Part shown: piece after piece, positions 16,601-25,967 of the stretch
How positions within the stretch are numbered: the first letter of the stretch is position 1
Layout of the letters: each line of letters starts with the position of its first letter
From: a virus
Lineage: Duplodnaviria; Caudoviricetes
DNA length: 26,198 nucleotides
Reading direction: 5' to 3' (one strand)
Virus record (IMG/VR): IMGVR_UViG_3300032218_002706
Coordinates: 1-26,198 of that record
Made by a program: the position numbers and the translations under genes
Notes under the pieces: model-generated
Told to the model about the DNA's origin: nothing
Databases searched by the model: none
The model's input: the letters and a program-made list of their open reading frames with translations, nothing else

Positions 16601-18642
16601 CTCCATTGTGAGGTTGGAAAAAATGTTTCGAAATCACTAATAAGTTTGGTATAAGTGGATGAAATATTTAAAGGTAATATAAAGTTTGACGTTGGTGTTG
16701 ATGTTGAAGTCTGAGTATTTGAGGCACTTGGTCCTGTTGATGACGATGAATTATTACCTTCGCAATCACAAGCATCACAATCAGGATATGTTAACATTGG
16801 TAACCTAATCGGTTTAAAATCAACATCTTTTAACTTTAAGAACGCAATCGTTATTAACACTGCAAGAGCTATCCATATTAATAACATAACTCCATAGTAA
16901 ATAATCCCCGCAACCCATACTGTAGCCCCAAAACCTACAGAAGGAGTTGCCGCAGCAATAATACCTTCCACCGCGGATGCTATGTGGTCTCCACACCAAT
17001 ACAATAATAATCCATATAGGACGTATTTCAACCAAGGCCATAGAAAGGCAATTACTGAATATATAATTAAAAGAATTAATCCTACAATACCAAGAATAAC
17101 CAATAAAATATTAAAAATTCTCCAAATTAGTGTTGTATGGAAAACTCCATCGTTAACAGGATAACGGTTAACAGTATCTGAACAAGTGTCGTCATCAATA
17201 CGTTTAATCCCTATAAATCTTTCTTTATTTGAATTATGTTTATTATTATCCAATAATTCAGATACAGTATAAACCTTATTATAGTCAAACTCATAAAAAG
17301 TATCCTCACAGTTTACGATTTCACTAATATCAGGATTTGTTATGTTAATAGGTGTGTTAACAGTATAAGCCGACCAATCTAAACTAAACGCATAAGACCT
17401 TTGGGCCGCCAAATAAGCGGTAGGACCTGATGAACCATTTAACGGGTCTGAACCTCCACTTACCCATCCTTTTTCCCTAATATTTGGAACTAAGTAGTAA
17501 CCTCTTTTATAATCCTCAAAAGTATTATTACTTTGTTGCCACTTAATTTTAAACCTATATTTACCCTTTGTTGGAATTCCCTTTGATGGGTCATCGGATA
17601 AAGCTTGTTCCCCAAATTCATTAGTGTAAACATAATCCATATTCATTGGTAAATCGAACATCCATGTTCCATCCCCCTCAATAACTTTACCTCCCTTTGG
17701 GATTTCCCCTCTTTTTAATACCGGTAATCCATTGGCATCTCTATATATGGTTTGAGTAATTGCAATAATCTCTCCAGGACCTGTAGTTAATGAACATAGG
17801 TTACCTGTTTCTTTTTTAGCAACTCCTTCAGCGTCTACTGCGGTTTTCTCACTAGAACTGACCAACGACCCCATAAAAATTGCCGTAGGTTTAATATCTA
17901 TATTTGCTTCACTTGTTATGTCAAAATCTGTTCTTGTGATTCCAATTTGACATATATCAGGCTGACCCCAAAATGGAGAAACTTCAATAGTTTTATTTAA
18001 AACAATAATTTGAGGTAATTCGTTAAAATTTGGAGATGATTTAAATTTAACACCATCAAATTGTTCTTCAGTTGCAACTCCCATTCTAACTAAGTCTGCA
18101 GGAGCTAACGAAAACGGTCCCATATCGGAAACGTCTAAGTTCATTACTAAAGTTTGAGTTCCAACAGGAACTCCAAAAATCATATAATCACCACTATCAT
18201 TAGTTGTGACTGTAAATTTATAATATTTGTCGTATAACTCTACAACTGTTTGATTAACTAATGCGTCTTTTCTTGTTGGGAATGTTCCTGTCGCAACGTG
18301 GTTGTCATAGGATGGTAGATAAGGTAATAAATTAAACTTATACCCATCTTCATTAGTGTCTTCTAAATTTTTGTAAGGGTATAATGTAGAAATAATAGGA
18401 TTTTCAATGTCCCCTGGTAATATTGGTACAAATACCGCAATCTTAGCGTTCGGAATTCCGTATCCGTTATTTGCAAATACCCTTCCCGCAATAACCCCGT
18501 AATCGGAACACATTCTTAGATAGACATCATCTTGTCTTATCTTTAACGATAATATTTCAAGTTGCTCAAAATCTTGGTCAACTTCCACGACAATATTGGT
18601 ATCTTTACCGGGAACTGCTTTTATTCTATATGATTTACCCAT
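13669..18642 (-). CDS. Large baseplate-cluster protein with an N-terminal beta-sandwich (carboxypeptidase-regulatory-like) domain and an internal multi-pass hydrophobic block
   Basis: 1657 aa; GVIAGRVFANNGYGIPNAKIAVF...VTTNDSGDYMIFGVPVGTQTL resembles CarboxypepD_reg/prealbumin-like folds; residues ~507-603 are almost entirely hydrophobic and are followed by YPDCDACDC. Confidence 0.65.
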   Translation of the reverse strand: MGKSYRIKAVPGKDTNIVVEVDQDFEQLEILSLKIRQDDVYLRMCSDYGVIAGRVFANNGYGIPNAKIAVFVPILPGDIENPIISTLYPYKNLEDTNEDGYKFNLLPYLPSYDNHVATGTFPTRKDALVNQTVVELYDKYYKFTVTTNDSGDYMIFGVPVGTQTLVMNLDVSDMGPFSLAPADLVRMGVATEEQFDGVKFKSSPNFNELPQIIVLNKTIEVSPFWGQPDICQIGITRTDFDITSEANIDIKPTAIFMGSLVSSSEKTAVDAEGVAKKETGNLCSLTTGPGEIIAITQTIYRDANGLPVLKRGEIPKGGKVIEGDGTWMFDLPMNMDYVYTNEFGEQALSDDPSKGIPTKGKYRFKIKWQQSNNTFEDYKRGYYLVPNIREKGWVSGGSDPLNGSSGPTAYLAAQRSYAFSLDWSAYTVNTPINITNPDISEIVNCEDTFYEFDYNKVYTVSELLDNNKHNSNKERFIGIKRIDDDTCSDTVNRYPVNDGVFHTTLIWRIFNILLVILGIVGLILLIIYSVIAFLWPWLKYVLYGLLLYWCGDHIASAVEGIIAAATPSVGFGATVWVAGIIYYGVMLLIWIALAVLITIAFLKLKDVDFKPIRLPMLTYPDCDACDCEGNNSSSSTGPSASNTQTSTSTPTSNFILPLNISSTYTKLISDFETFFPTSQWRFSDDYTVIQQQLAGVQSTGHTDTYLPLPAPVNESTLGWLPPTCGGGIFNDTVSAVIDTSDIPLGERINLFNTKSKYYNDEGAVNQISVQYDPTANPSTNHTDNVIAVICQPGTDNVFSAGSLFSFTNPALSNDPNFKSGATNSLGTRSISGTTNYPGTITIQYADPSNKANNLTKVYNVPTNIATDQKLYIYPSDIEYFQVITGMTVSSFRALTNNGALSSPITSFGGVVDSSTRIDKYYSAANGDDCHIWKDIKPIDLVDQNSIILIIQRGVDPYSPAYPTKFGLGKIFGSSITNPAYEVSGDYRLNIPIKSSTSAGNELMFRHNVIGGPSNTNATIDNGFNLFFPSYIFTPDATYYTGYTTTLHNYYSKLDYSVSASNTYLIETGNSNSNFTPYSSRGTWNSAQDVWTPVSNDFYSSSVTDGKYHTHESIVGGSFMYRDGAIRNYYSAIYSTGLTLSMSNSSKIVMRSDRLPSSDKFVPNLNNTLVLQQNNVIGAYVFADGGLVTVGGSLASPSYGGGSVTNTNNAFSNNVLNTFDCEHMVDLDCYHGDGLTFSVDPACEGNDTIEHGCYVFVRNPLIGLFEDQGYGTDIENFVEWIYRFRFFYALCQGVLSNVFNNNWINGNLYAFPFKINRYFDSNNQMLAPEYPGDVVVLHDETHNFYYRSSPYNSSGHFIGSTADGQDGANHVNLKTPTTIMNLGPREEFLKQITLNGNFDGYNMKNIYMTSYNDLSETINLFSIIRIIDHNFWNGLFGDQITRLFSRTGKKVDADFAQSAAINSQVGVIPFDSSFYSTSAAPGVIPSAIAAGVGGSNNTVMGIFFSSTTEHMQIRDYISPGRTIRYNTLTSSFVYDYNPIKSQKVPHYKWKINGGTTLFGSQVNEWATTTGDIQAIKYQEMDRLSSGYPVGVSSYDYNKRGYLFNSNGVTNLGNYVTTPDSNNPGLGGAPWYFYFGLLKGSTAINKFYSKYIGETTLNG

Positions 18643-18664
18643 CTAATTTAAATCCTTTTATTTC

Positions 18665-18671
18665 ATAAATA
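18665..18671 (-). promoter_or_regulatory. TATTTAT upstream motif (candidate phage promoter)
   Basis: AACTATTTATGAAA about 23 nt upstream of the ATG at 18642; a second copy at 18753-18759. Confidence 0.55.
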
Positions 18672-18764
18672 GTTAATGGAACGTTTTTAAAGTTTCCGAG
18701 CACAAGTATTTCTATGATATATGACTTATCATAAACATAACCACATTATTTAATAAATAAATTA

Positions 18765-20606
18765 TTAAGTGATAGATACTGTTTGGAAATTCTTAACCTT
18801 AACCCTAATATCTTTATTAGGATACCTAATTTGATAAACTTGATTTGGTAATGCAAAAATTGTTCCGTCAACAGACCCAATTTGTTTTGTCGCAGCATCA
18901 ATATAAGACATTGATGTTTCAGACGATGAGTATTGACCCCCAACATTATTAAAGACTTGGGTATCTGTAACAGACAAAACCCCGTTCTCAGATTGTATAA
19001 TCCTATTTATTTCAGATAGATTAACATTCTGACCTAATTGTCTAATTGCGGGGCTAAAATAATCTGAAATTTTATTAATGATTGAACTTATTACCGCTCC
19101 TTGATTTTGGGTAGCGTCTAAAACCACAGACAATTCAATACTTAAATCAATAACCTCCGCAGTTTCAACTGAAATATAATCATTTAACATTCGATAGTTT
19201 GATAGGTATTCCGCTAAGTTATTTAAAAGAGTGTTTGAAACTATCGCGGTCAATGCTCCTGAGGTATCGTAAGATAAAATTTTAACTTTGACTTTATTAT
19301 CCTCCTCAACTATTGCAACCTTAGCAGGGGCTCCAAATTGAGACGGCATTTTTCTTATTAATGATTCATAGTCATTAATTGTTACCGCTCTATTCTGAGC
19401 TGCGAAATTAAATGAAACATAATTTCTAATTTCTTCAAGAGTAGGAAGTCCCGCCCCTCCAATTGCCGCAGTAACGTTATTACAACTTAACGAATTAACT
19501 GTGGAAGTATTAATATCTTCAGACGGTCCATTAACAAAAAATGATACAGTACCAATTTGATTAATAACGTTAACCCCTAAATTTGTCGCTAAACCACCAC
19601 CAACTCGGTATTGAACAAATATCGTTGTGTTTGGTTTTAAAGTACTACCTAATGAAAAGTTATTTAAGTAACTTTGCATACTTTGTACATTTATACCTGT
19701 TCTTGCAAATTCTCTAAGTTGGTCTTCCGCGGAAGTATTACCTCCTCCAAAAGTCATTTTCAAAAATCCCTCAGGTGTAAATTCGGTCATGAATCTATCA
19801 CTTGTAGTGATGTAAGTTCCAACTTTAACTCCTGGTAAATCAGATGGTTTTGTTGGGTCTTCAATAAAAACTCTATCTTGAGATAAAGCGTCTACTTCAT
19901 ACCACTTACCAACTGACGATAAGAAATCTTGGCTTGATGGGACATTTGCATAGTTTGTGCCATCTTTTTGTAAAACGGCAGTTACACCTAAAATGTTTTT
20001 CTCAGGTAAAAATAACTCATAAAAAGGTCTAACGTCATTAGGAGTGATTACCTGTTTAAAAACTTTAGTAATTCCATTAACGACTAATTCTCTTTTAGTG
20101 ATTGTATAATTTATTAAATTATTATTACCATCAAAATTAGGTATTTTTAATCTATTAGGATATCCTTGTGAATTGTATGGTGAATTAAAATCAATATCCG
20201 TGACATTTTCAAATACTTGGCCAGCACCAATAACTTGACTTCCTCTTCTTAATATACCTTCATATCTTTCATCATCTTTATCTCCGTTAGCAGGAACGGT
20301 AATTGAGAAATCAACTAACGCAACTGAAGGTCTCTGACCCGGTAATTTTAAACCGTAAGTTCTAGCGATATTAAAAATTGATGATTTTTGTTGAGCATAC
20401 TGTAAAACAGTTTCTTGAATACTTCTATCAATGTGATAGTGTAGGTTATCCGATATCGCGGCGTTTAAATCTAATAACACCGAAAATACCGATGCGTCAT
20501 TAAAATTGTCAATTAACTCAGGATAGTAGAGTTTTGCAAAATTAATTAATTCAGTCCTTATTGCTTGGAAATCCCTTACGGTATATGATATTCTCTTTTC
20601 TGCCAT
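18765..20606 (-). CDS. Baseplate wedge subunit, T4 gp6 / P2 gpJ-like
   Basis: 613 aa; N-terminal RDFQAIRTELINF...LLDLNAAISDNLHYHIDR...IFNIARTYG, internal MTFGGG, VQYRVGGG and AAIGGAG...EEIR...AAQNRAVTINDYESL are typical gp6/J features; directly after a gp25-like gene. Confidence 0.88.
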   Translation of the reverse strand: MAEKRISYTVRDFQAIRTELINFAKLYYPELIDNFNDASVFSVLLDLNAAISDNLHYHIDRSIQETVLQYAQQKSSIFNIARTYGLKLPGQRPSVALVDFSITVPANGDKDDERYEGILRRGSQVIGAGQVFENVTDIDFNSPYNSQGYPNRLKIPNFDGNNNLINYTITKRELVVNGITKVFKQVITPNDVRPFYELFLPEKNILGVTAVLQKDGTNYANVPSSQDFLSSVGKWYEVDALSQDRVFIEDPTKPSDLPGVKVGTYITTSDRFMTEFTPEGFLKMTFGGGNTSAEDQLREFARTGINVQSMQSYLNNFSLGSTLKPNTTIFVQYRVGGGLATNLGVNVINQIGTVSFFVNGPSEDINTSTVNSLSCNNVTAAIGGAGLPTLEEIRNYVSFNFAAQNRAVTINDYESLIRKMPSQFGAPAKVAIVEEDNKVKVKILSYDTSGALTAIVSNTLLNNLAEYLSNYRMLNDYISVETAEVIDLSIELSVVLDATQNQGAVISSIINKISDYFSPAIRQLGQNVNLSEINRIIQSENGVLSVTDTQVFNNVGGQYSSSETSMSYIDAATKQIGSVDGTIFALPNQVYQIRYPNKDIRVKVKNFQTVSIT

Positions 20607-20611
20607 ATTAG

Positions 20612-21073
20612 TTAAATATTAAGTATTACGAAATCTTTCGACCCAAACACATCATCTGTTACAGTATAGTCAATTCTAACTTTGGCAGTATACTCAGCAG
20701 TATTCAACCCTGGCATAGTAAATTGTCTATCAATAGCATTTCCTGTTGTTGTAACAACGATAGTTTCTTCCTCACTTGACGCCGCCTTTATAGATATGTT
20801 TGTTATTTTTAATTGTGGTAAATATTTTTCACAAGATTCTCTAATATCGGATTCAATGTTATTAAATGTTGGTGAGTCCATTGGTTCAAAGATAAATTCA
20901 TATAATCTTGTACCAAAATCAGGCAAAAAATATCGAGACCCTTTTCGAGTCAATAATAAGTGAATCAAATCCGTTCTTATCTCGTCGTTGGAGGTTTGAG
21001 TTAATCTCAAATATTTCCCCTCATTCGAAATATTAAAAGGGAATGCTATTCCATATGTTTTACCATTTGCCAT
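20612..21073 (-). CDS. Baseplate protein gp25-like (GPW/gp25 family, sheath initiator)
   Basis: 153 aa; GIAFPF...IRTDLIHLLLTRKGSRYFLPDFGTRLYEFIFEP matches the gp25 LL-T-x-x-GER-x-x-x-P-x-FG-x-x-L-x-x-x-x-FEP pattern. Confidence 0.92.
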   Translation of the reverse strand: MANGKTYGIAFPFNISNEGKYLRLTQTSNDEIRTDLIHLLLTRKGSRYFLPDFGTRLYEFIFEPMDSPTFNNIESDIRESCEKYLPQLKITNISIKAASSEEETIVVTTTGNAIDRQFTMPGLNTAEYTAKVRIDYTVTDDVFGSKDFVILNI

Positions 21074-21078
21074 ATACT

Positions 21079-21112
21079 ATAAATATAGTGTCGTAATTAT
21101 TTCTTATAAATA
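21079..21112 (-). promoter_or_regulatory. Two TATTTATA motifs upstream of the gp25-like gene (candidate late promoters)
   Basis: Cores at 21106-21112 and 21079-21085, between the nrdA terminator and the first structural gene. Confidence 0.55.
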
Positions 21113-21161
21113 GCTCAAAAAACAAAATCACGACGTAGTGTCGTGATTAGTGTCGTGATTA
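21086..21161. repeat. Three direct copies of TAGTGTCGT(G/A)ATTA plus one inverted partial copy
   Basis: Direct copies at 21086-21099, 21136-21149 and 21148-21161; inverted AATCACGAC at 21126-21134. Confidence 0.9.
21116..21148 (-). terminator. Putative intrinsic terminator downstream of nrdA
   Basis: Minus-strand AATCACGAC-ACTAC-GTCGTGATT (perfect 9-bp stem, 5-nt loop) followed by TTGTTTTTTG, starting about 20 nt after the nrdA stop. Confidence 0.75.
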
Positions 21162-21169
21162 TTTTTAAT

Positions 21170-23593
21170 TTATGAAGAACATCCAAAACAATCGATTTCA
21201 ATTCCTTCAGGTTTTGGTGGTAAATTCATATGACTGTAATCAACCTTAGGTGTTTCTACAGTTTGTTTAGGTTGTTTAGTTTTTGAAATGTCAACCGCTA
21301 AATGTTTTGCTCCTGTTGAAATTGCTTTAGTTCTAACATAATAACATAATGTTTTCAATCCTTTCTCCCATGAGTGAAAATGTGATGACGAGATTTTAGA
21401 TAATGTAGGATTTGACATATAAATGTTCATAGATTGTGATTGGTCAATGAACGGTGCTCTGTCGGCTGCCATATCAATTAATTCTCTTTGTGAAATCTCC
21501 CAAATAGTTTTATACTTACTAATTAAATGTTCAGTTTTCTCAACTTTTTTAAGATAATTTTTGTCTTCAGGGTCAAGGTAATTATTAAAATTAATGTTTT
21601 GGATTGAGCCTTCATTCAATATGATTTCATTTTTTAAATCCTCACACCAAATTCCTAACTTTTCAAAATCGCTAATTAAGTATTTGTTAACAATCATAAT
21701 TTCACCTCCAACAACTCTTCTATTAAATAAAGCGGAGTGAGCCGGTTCTGTCATTTCAAATGAACCTGTAATCTTAGCTGAAGACGCAACAGGCATCTGA
21801 GCGGTGAATAGTGAATTACAAACACCATATTGTTTAACATCTTCTTTTAATGAATTCCAATCTAAGAATAACTCAGATTCTTGTAAACCCCACATATCAA
21901 ATTGAAAAATTCCTTTTGACATTGGTGAACCTTTAAACAAACTATAAGATTTTCTAATTCCTTTTTTACACAAGTCATTACTTTCAAATATAGCCGCGTA
22001 ATATATTGCCTCAAAAATACTTTTATTTAGGTTTCTCGCTTCTTCAGATGTGAAGATGTAATCCATTAAATAGAATACGTCCGCAAGTCCTTGAGTTCCA
22101 ATTGCAATCGCTCTTTGTTCTAAACCACCTTTATTACCTTTTTCAGTTGAGTAGTTGTTTTTATCTACCACATTGTTTAATGCTCTTACAACTTTCTTAA
22201 CTTCTTCAATTAATAATTTGTAATCAAATTTACCACCTTTAATAAAGTTCTTTAATACCATAGATGACAAAGTACAAATTGCAGTAGTGTTTTCGTCAGT
22301 ATATTGATAAATCTCGTTACATAAGTTTGATTGTTTAATCACACCGATATTTTGATGATTTGTCTTTTTATTTGCGTTGTCTTTAGAACAAAGATACGGA
22401 ACACCTGTTTCAACTTGTGACTCAATAATTTTATTCCAAATATTTTGAGCGCTTACTTTTTTACCTAACCCCATTTGAACCGCTTTATTGTAGTTCTCTT
22501 CGTACTCGTCACCATAACATTCTTGTAATGGTTTGATACCTGATTTAAGAATATCGTTAGGACAGAATAGATACCAATCTAAGTTGTTTCTAACCGCTCT
22601 CATAAAATTATCAGGAATCCATAAAGCAGTGAATAAATCTCTCGCTCTTAATTCTTCAGCACCTGTATTCTTTTTAATCTCAAGTAAATCCATAATATCT
22701 TTATGCCAAGGTTCTAAGTAGATAGCCGCACTACCAGGTCTTCTTCCTTGTTGGTTAAAGAATCTTAATGATTCATTAACAATTTTAAGATATTTTAATA
22801 ATCCTCCGGCAAATCCACCTGATGAATTAATACGACTTTCTTTACTACGAATGTTAGACATACATAACCCAATACCTGCGGCGTCAGACGAATATGTTGA
22901 AATATCGTTTAGGGTTGAAAGTAATCCGTCTCTTGAGTCTGAATTATTGTAATGTAAAACACAAGACGCTAACTGAGGAACTTTAGTTCCTGAATTAATC
23001 ATAATTGGAGTTGCAGGTGAAATAAGTTGGTTAGATAATGAATTATAATAATCCACGGCCTCTTCAAATGTATTTGTAACCCATAAAGCAACCCTCATAT
23101 ACATATGTTGTGGACGTTCAATTACTTTACCCTTTGGGGTTTTTAATAAGTACATCTCAACCAATGACCTCCAAGCAAAATAATCAAAATTATAATCATT
23201 TTCATGATTAATTATGGAATCAATTTTTTCAGGACCATACTTCTCAATAGTTTCCATTAATTTATCGTTAATCACACCATCAACGTGCAATACGTGCATT
23301 GTTTCACAAAAACTAGGATTTGTTTCTTTATGATATGAAGATATTGCAACTGACGAAGCTAATCTCGAATAATCATGGTGACTTCCCGTATATGCTGCAG
23401 CAATCTCATATATTAATTTATCTAATTCTTTTGTTGTGACTAACCCTTCGGTTGGTACCGAAGTAATCACTTTAATGAATATCTCATCAGAATTAACGTT
23501 CAATCCTTTGGCCGCTCGTTTTATTCTTTGATATATTTTTTGAGGGTTGAACGATACGTCGTCGCCTTCTCTTTTAGTTATTTTTAATGACAT
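21170..23593 (-). CDS. nrdA: Ribonucleoside-diphosphate reductase class Ia, alpha subunit, with N-terminal ATP cone
   Basis: ATP cone (KITKREG...FNPQKI), SPATP, QLASC, QQGRRPGSAAIYLEPWHKD, catalytic SNLCNEI, MPVASS, IDQSQSMN, KTLCYY, C-terminal CFGC. Confidence 0.98.
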   Translation of the reverse strand: MSLKITKREGDDVSFNPQKIYQRIKRAAKGLNVNSDEIFIKVITSVPTEGLVTTKELDKLIYEIAAAYTGSHHDYSRLASSVAISSYHKETNPSFCETMHVLHVDGVINDKLMETIEKYGPEKIDSIINHENDYNFDYFAWRSLVEMYLLKTPKGKVIERPQHMYMRVALWVTNTFEEAVDYYNSLSNQLISPATPIMINSGTKVPQLASCVLHYNNSDSRDGLLSTLNDISTYSSDAAGIGLCMSNIRSKESRINSSGGFAGGLLKYLKIVNESLRFFNQQGRRPGSAAIYLEPWHKDIMDLLEIKKNTGAEELRARDLFTALWIPDNFMRAVRNNLDWYLFCPNDILKSGIKPLQECYGDEYEENYNKAVQMGLGKKVSAQNIWNKIIESQVETGVPYLCSKDNANKKTNHQNIGVIKQSNLCNEIYQYTDENTTAICTLSSMVLKNFIKGGKFDYKLLIEEVKKVVRALNNVVDKNNYSTEKGNKGGLEQRAIAIGTQGLADVFYLMDYIFTSEEARNLNKSIFEAIYYAAIFESNDLCKKGIRKSYSLFKGSPMSKGIFQFDMWGLQESELFLDWNSLKEDVKQYGVCNSLFTAQMPVASSAKITGSFEMTEPAHSALFNRRVVGGEIMIVNKYLISDFEKLGIWCEDLKNEIILNEGSIQNINFNNYLDPEDKNYLKKVEKTEHLISKYKTIWEISQRELIDMAADRAPFIDQSQSMNIYMSNPTLSKISSSHFHSWEKGLKTLCYYVRTKAISTGAKHLAVDISKTKQPKQTVETPKVDYSHMNLPPKPEGIEIDCFGCSS

Positions 23594-23611
23594 CTTTCTT
23601 ATTTTTATTTA

Positions 23612-24559
23612 TTAAAAATCATCGGTAAATGATAGTGATTCTCCAAGTTTAGCTTTTTGGTATTCCATTGTTCTCGATTCAAAAAAGTTACCTTTTGTCT
23701 CAACCGCAATTTGTTCCATAAATTTAAATGGTTGTTCTACATTAAATTCTTTTTTACATTCAAGTTTAACTAATAAACCGTCAGTAACAAATTCAAGGTA
23801 TTGTTTCATTAAATTTGAATTCATACCAATAAGTGAAACTGGTAATGATTCAGTAATAAACTCTTTTTCAATCTCTAATGCCGATAATAATATTTCTCTA
23901 ATTCTTTCTTCACTTGGTTTGTTTTCAATATGATTGTTCAATAAGTGAATTGCAAAATCACAATGTAAATTTTCGTCTTTAAAAATTAACGAATTAGCGT
24001 TACATAATCCTTGCATAATACCTCGTGATTTTAACCAAAAAATTGAACAAAAAGAACCTGAGAAGAAAATTCCTTCGACCGCAGCAAAAGCAATTAATCG
24101 TTCTTCAAATGTCGCGTTTTTAATCCAATCCAAAGCCCAAGAAGCTTTCTTCTGAACCGCCGGTAATCGGTCAATTGCGTGGAAACATTCATCCTTTTCC
24201 TCAGGATTAGAAACGTAAGTATCAATCAATAATGAATACATTAATGAGTGAATGTTTTCCGCCATAAGTTGGAACCCGTAAAAGAATTTTGCTTCAGGAT
24301 ACTGAACTTCTTTTAAAAAGTTTTCGGCCAAGTTTTCATTAACAATTCCATCAGATGCTGCAAAAAATGATAATACATTTTTTACAAAGTATCTTTCATT
24401 ATCAGATAGGTTTTCCCAATCTCTAACATCGTTAGATAAATCGACTTCTTCCGCAGTCCAAAAAGCCGCTTGATGTTGTTTATAAAATTCCCATATATCA
24501 TTGTGTTCGATAGGGAAGATGACAAACCTGTTGGGATTTTCAACCAATATTTTTTCCAT
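23612..24559 (-). CDS. nrdB: Ribonucleoside-diphosphate reductase class Ia, beta subunit
   Basis: [30 protein letters not shown] (iron ligands and radical Tyr), [21 protein letters not shown]. Confidence 0.98.
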   Translation of the reverse strand: MEKILVENPNRFVIFPIEHNDIWEFYKQHQAAFWTAEEVDLSNDVRDWENLSDNERYFVKNVLSFFAASDGIVNENLAENFLKEVQYPEAKFFYGFQLMAENIHSLMYSLLIDTYVSNPEEKDECFHAIDRLPAVQKKASWALDWIKNATFEERLIAFAAVEGIFFSGSFCSIFWLKSRGIMQGLCNANSLIFKDENLHCDFAIHLLNNHIENKPSEERIREILLSALEIEKEFITESLPVSLIGMNSNLMKQYLEFVTDGLLVKLECKKEFNVEQPFKFMEQIAVETKGNFFESRTMEYQKAKLGESLSFTDDF

Positions 24560-24575
24560 AGTAATTAATTTTTTT

Positions 24576-25967
24576 TTAAGATTGTTTTTGTTTTTCTTTT
24601 TCTCTCTCTTTTCGTTTCTCTAAGAGCTCTTTTACTCTATCTCTTTGTTTTTCTTCTTTTTGTTCTTCAAATCCTAAAAATGTAACAGAACTTTCAGTAT
24701 CAATTTCGATAAGTTCATTGTCAAATTTACAATTCTCAAATACAACACCATCAGAGCCAATACGAGATTTAGTAATTGCGATAGTCGCTAGTTTCATTTC
24801 TTTTTGTTGTAGTGTCTTAGCCACGGAAATGATAACGTGTCCAACTTGCGCCTTTTTAATGGACCCACCCATTTGGTCAGTAGTAACTACTTCTGATGAA
24901 ATAGAGGAACGGTTTCCTTGAGTTGCGGTCCATCCAACAATGTTCAATTCATGACACATTGCCTCAAAACCTCTCATAACAGAACCCTCACTCTTCCACT
25001 CATCACCAAGGTTTTTATCAGGGACAACACAATCAATATAATCTAAAAGAATCATATCAATTTTATTTCCCTCGGCAATCATTTTTCTAACTTGATTTTT
25101 GATTTGCATCATAGTCAAAGTATCTGAAGGTAACTTTTTAAGGGTTAACTTATTAACCATAGTTTCCTTAATTTCAGTAATTTTTGCCATTACCTCTTCT
25201 TTTTGTGTTTGTAAATTGTCAGGAGCAATCCCTGTCCAAAGTGTAAAATGTTTTCTCTGAATAATCTTTGGATTATCTTCAAAGAATATTTGCAATATGT
25301 TATAACCTAAGTTAAAACCATGATTTGCAATTTTAGTAAGTAAAGTAGATTTACCTACGCCTGTTGGGGCTAAAATAACACCAATCTCTCCTTTCGCTAA
25401 ACCACCCTTAAGTAGTTTATCAATTCCCGGTATTCCCATAGGAACCGGATGTCTATAGTCATCATTTAGAACCTCGTCTAAATTATGAAATACATCTTCT
25501 GTACCTTTATCAACCTCTCCAACCTGTAATGCTTTACTAACCATCTCTTCAAGTGTGTCGTAGTTTTCGAACTCTCCTCCATCGATGATTTTTTGAGCTT
25601 TGGTCATAACTTTCTGTAACTCTTGTTGTTTACAGAATTTTAACGCCTTTTCCTGAACATACGTACTTCCTTCAAGTGGTGCTTCCATAACCTTAGTAAC
25701 CGTGTCTAAAACCATTCTGGCAGCTAATTCCTGTTGGATTTCGGACTTCGCAATTTGGTTTAAGGTCTCATAAGAAGGACTTGATTCGTACTTTTTGTAG
25801 TATTCTTTAATCATCTGAATGATTAATTTAAAATACTTGTTTTCGAAATAATTTAGTTCAATAACATCAATAATTGAGCGAGCGAATTCTTTGTCAATGA
25901 TTACTTGATTAAGAAGTTGTAGTTGAAAGGTTTCCCCTAAATAATTAAAATTTTTGCCTGAATTCAT
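24576..25967 (-). CDS. Replicative DNA helicase, DnaB / T4 gp41-like (SF4)
   Basis: [10 protein letters not shown], Walker [14 protein letters not shown], Walker [21 protein letters not shown] arginine finger; helical N-terminal domain. Confidence 0.93.
   Translation of the reverse strand: MNSGKNFNYLGETFQLQLLNQVIIDKEFARSIIDVIELNYFENKYFKLIIQMIKEYYKKYESSPSYETLNQIAKSEIQQELAARMVLDTVTKVMEAPLEGSTYVQEKALKFCKQQELQKVMTKAQKIIDGGEFENYDTLEEMVSKALQVGEVDKGTEDVFHNLDEVLNDDYRHPVPMGIPGIDKLLKGGLAKGEIGVILAPTGVGKSTLLTKIANHGFNLGYNILQIFFEDNPKIIQRKHFTLWTGIAPDNLQTQKEEVMAKITEIKETMVNKLTLKKLPSDTLTMMQIKNQVRKMIAEGNKIDMILLDYIDCVVPDKNLGDEWKSEGSVMRGFEAMCHELNIVGWTATQGNRSSISSEVVTTDQMGGSIKKAQVGHVIISVAKTLQQKEMKLATIAITKSRIGSDGVVFENCKFDNELIEIDTESSVTFLGFEEQKEEKQRDRVKELLEKRKEREKEKQKQS

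Noticed and set aside
18712-18732. TATGATA-N7-TATCATA inverted repeat in the gap after the gp6-like gene
   Set aside because: Short AT-rich stem with no U-tract on the transcribed strand; could arise by chance.
2910-24921. Remaining short ORFs in the track (2910, 4780, 4993, 8618, 9042, 11691, 13812, 13912, 14571, 16820, 16982, 18746, 20682, 22533, 24718)
   Set aside because: All lie within or almost entirely overlap long, well-supported minus-strand genes and show no recognisable motifs.
21170-25967. Intein, intron or homing endonuclease in nrdA, nrdB or the helicase
   Set aside because: All three are uninterrupted and of normal length, with no splice-junction or endonuclease motifs seen.
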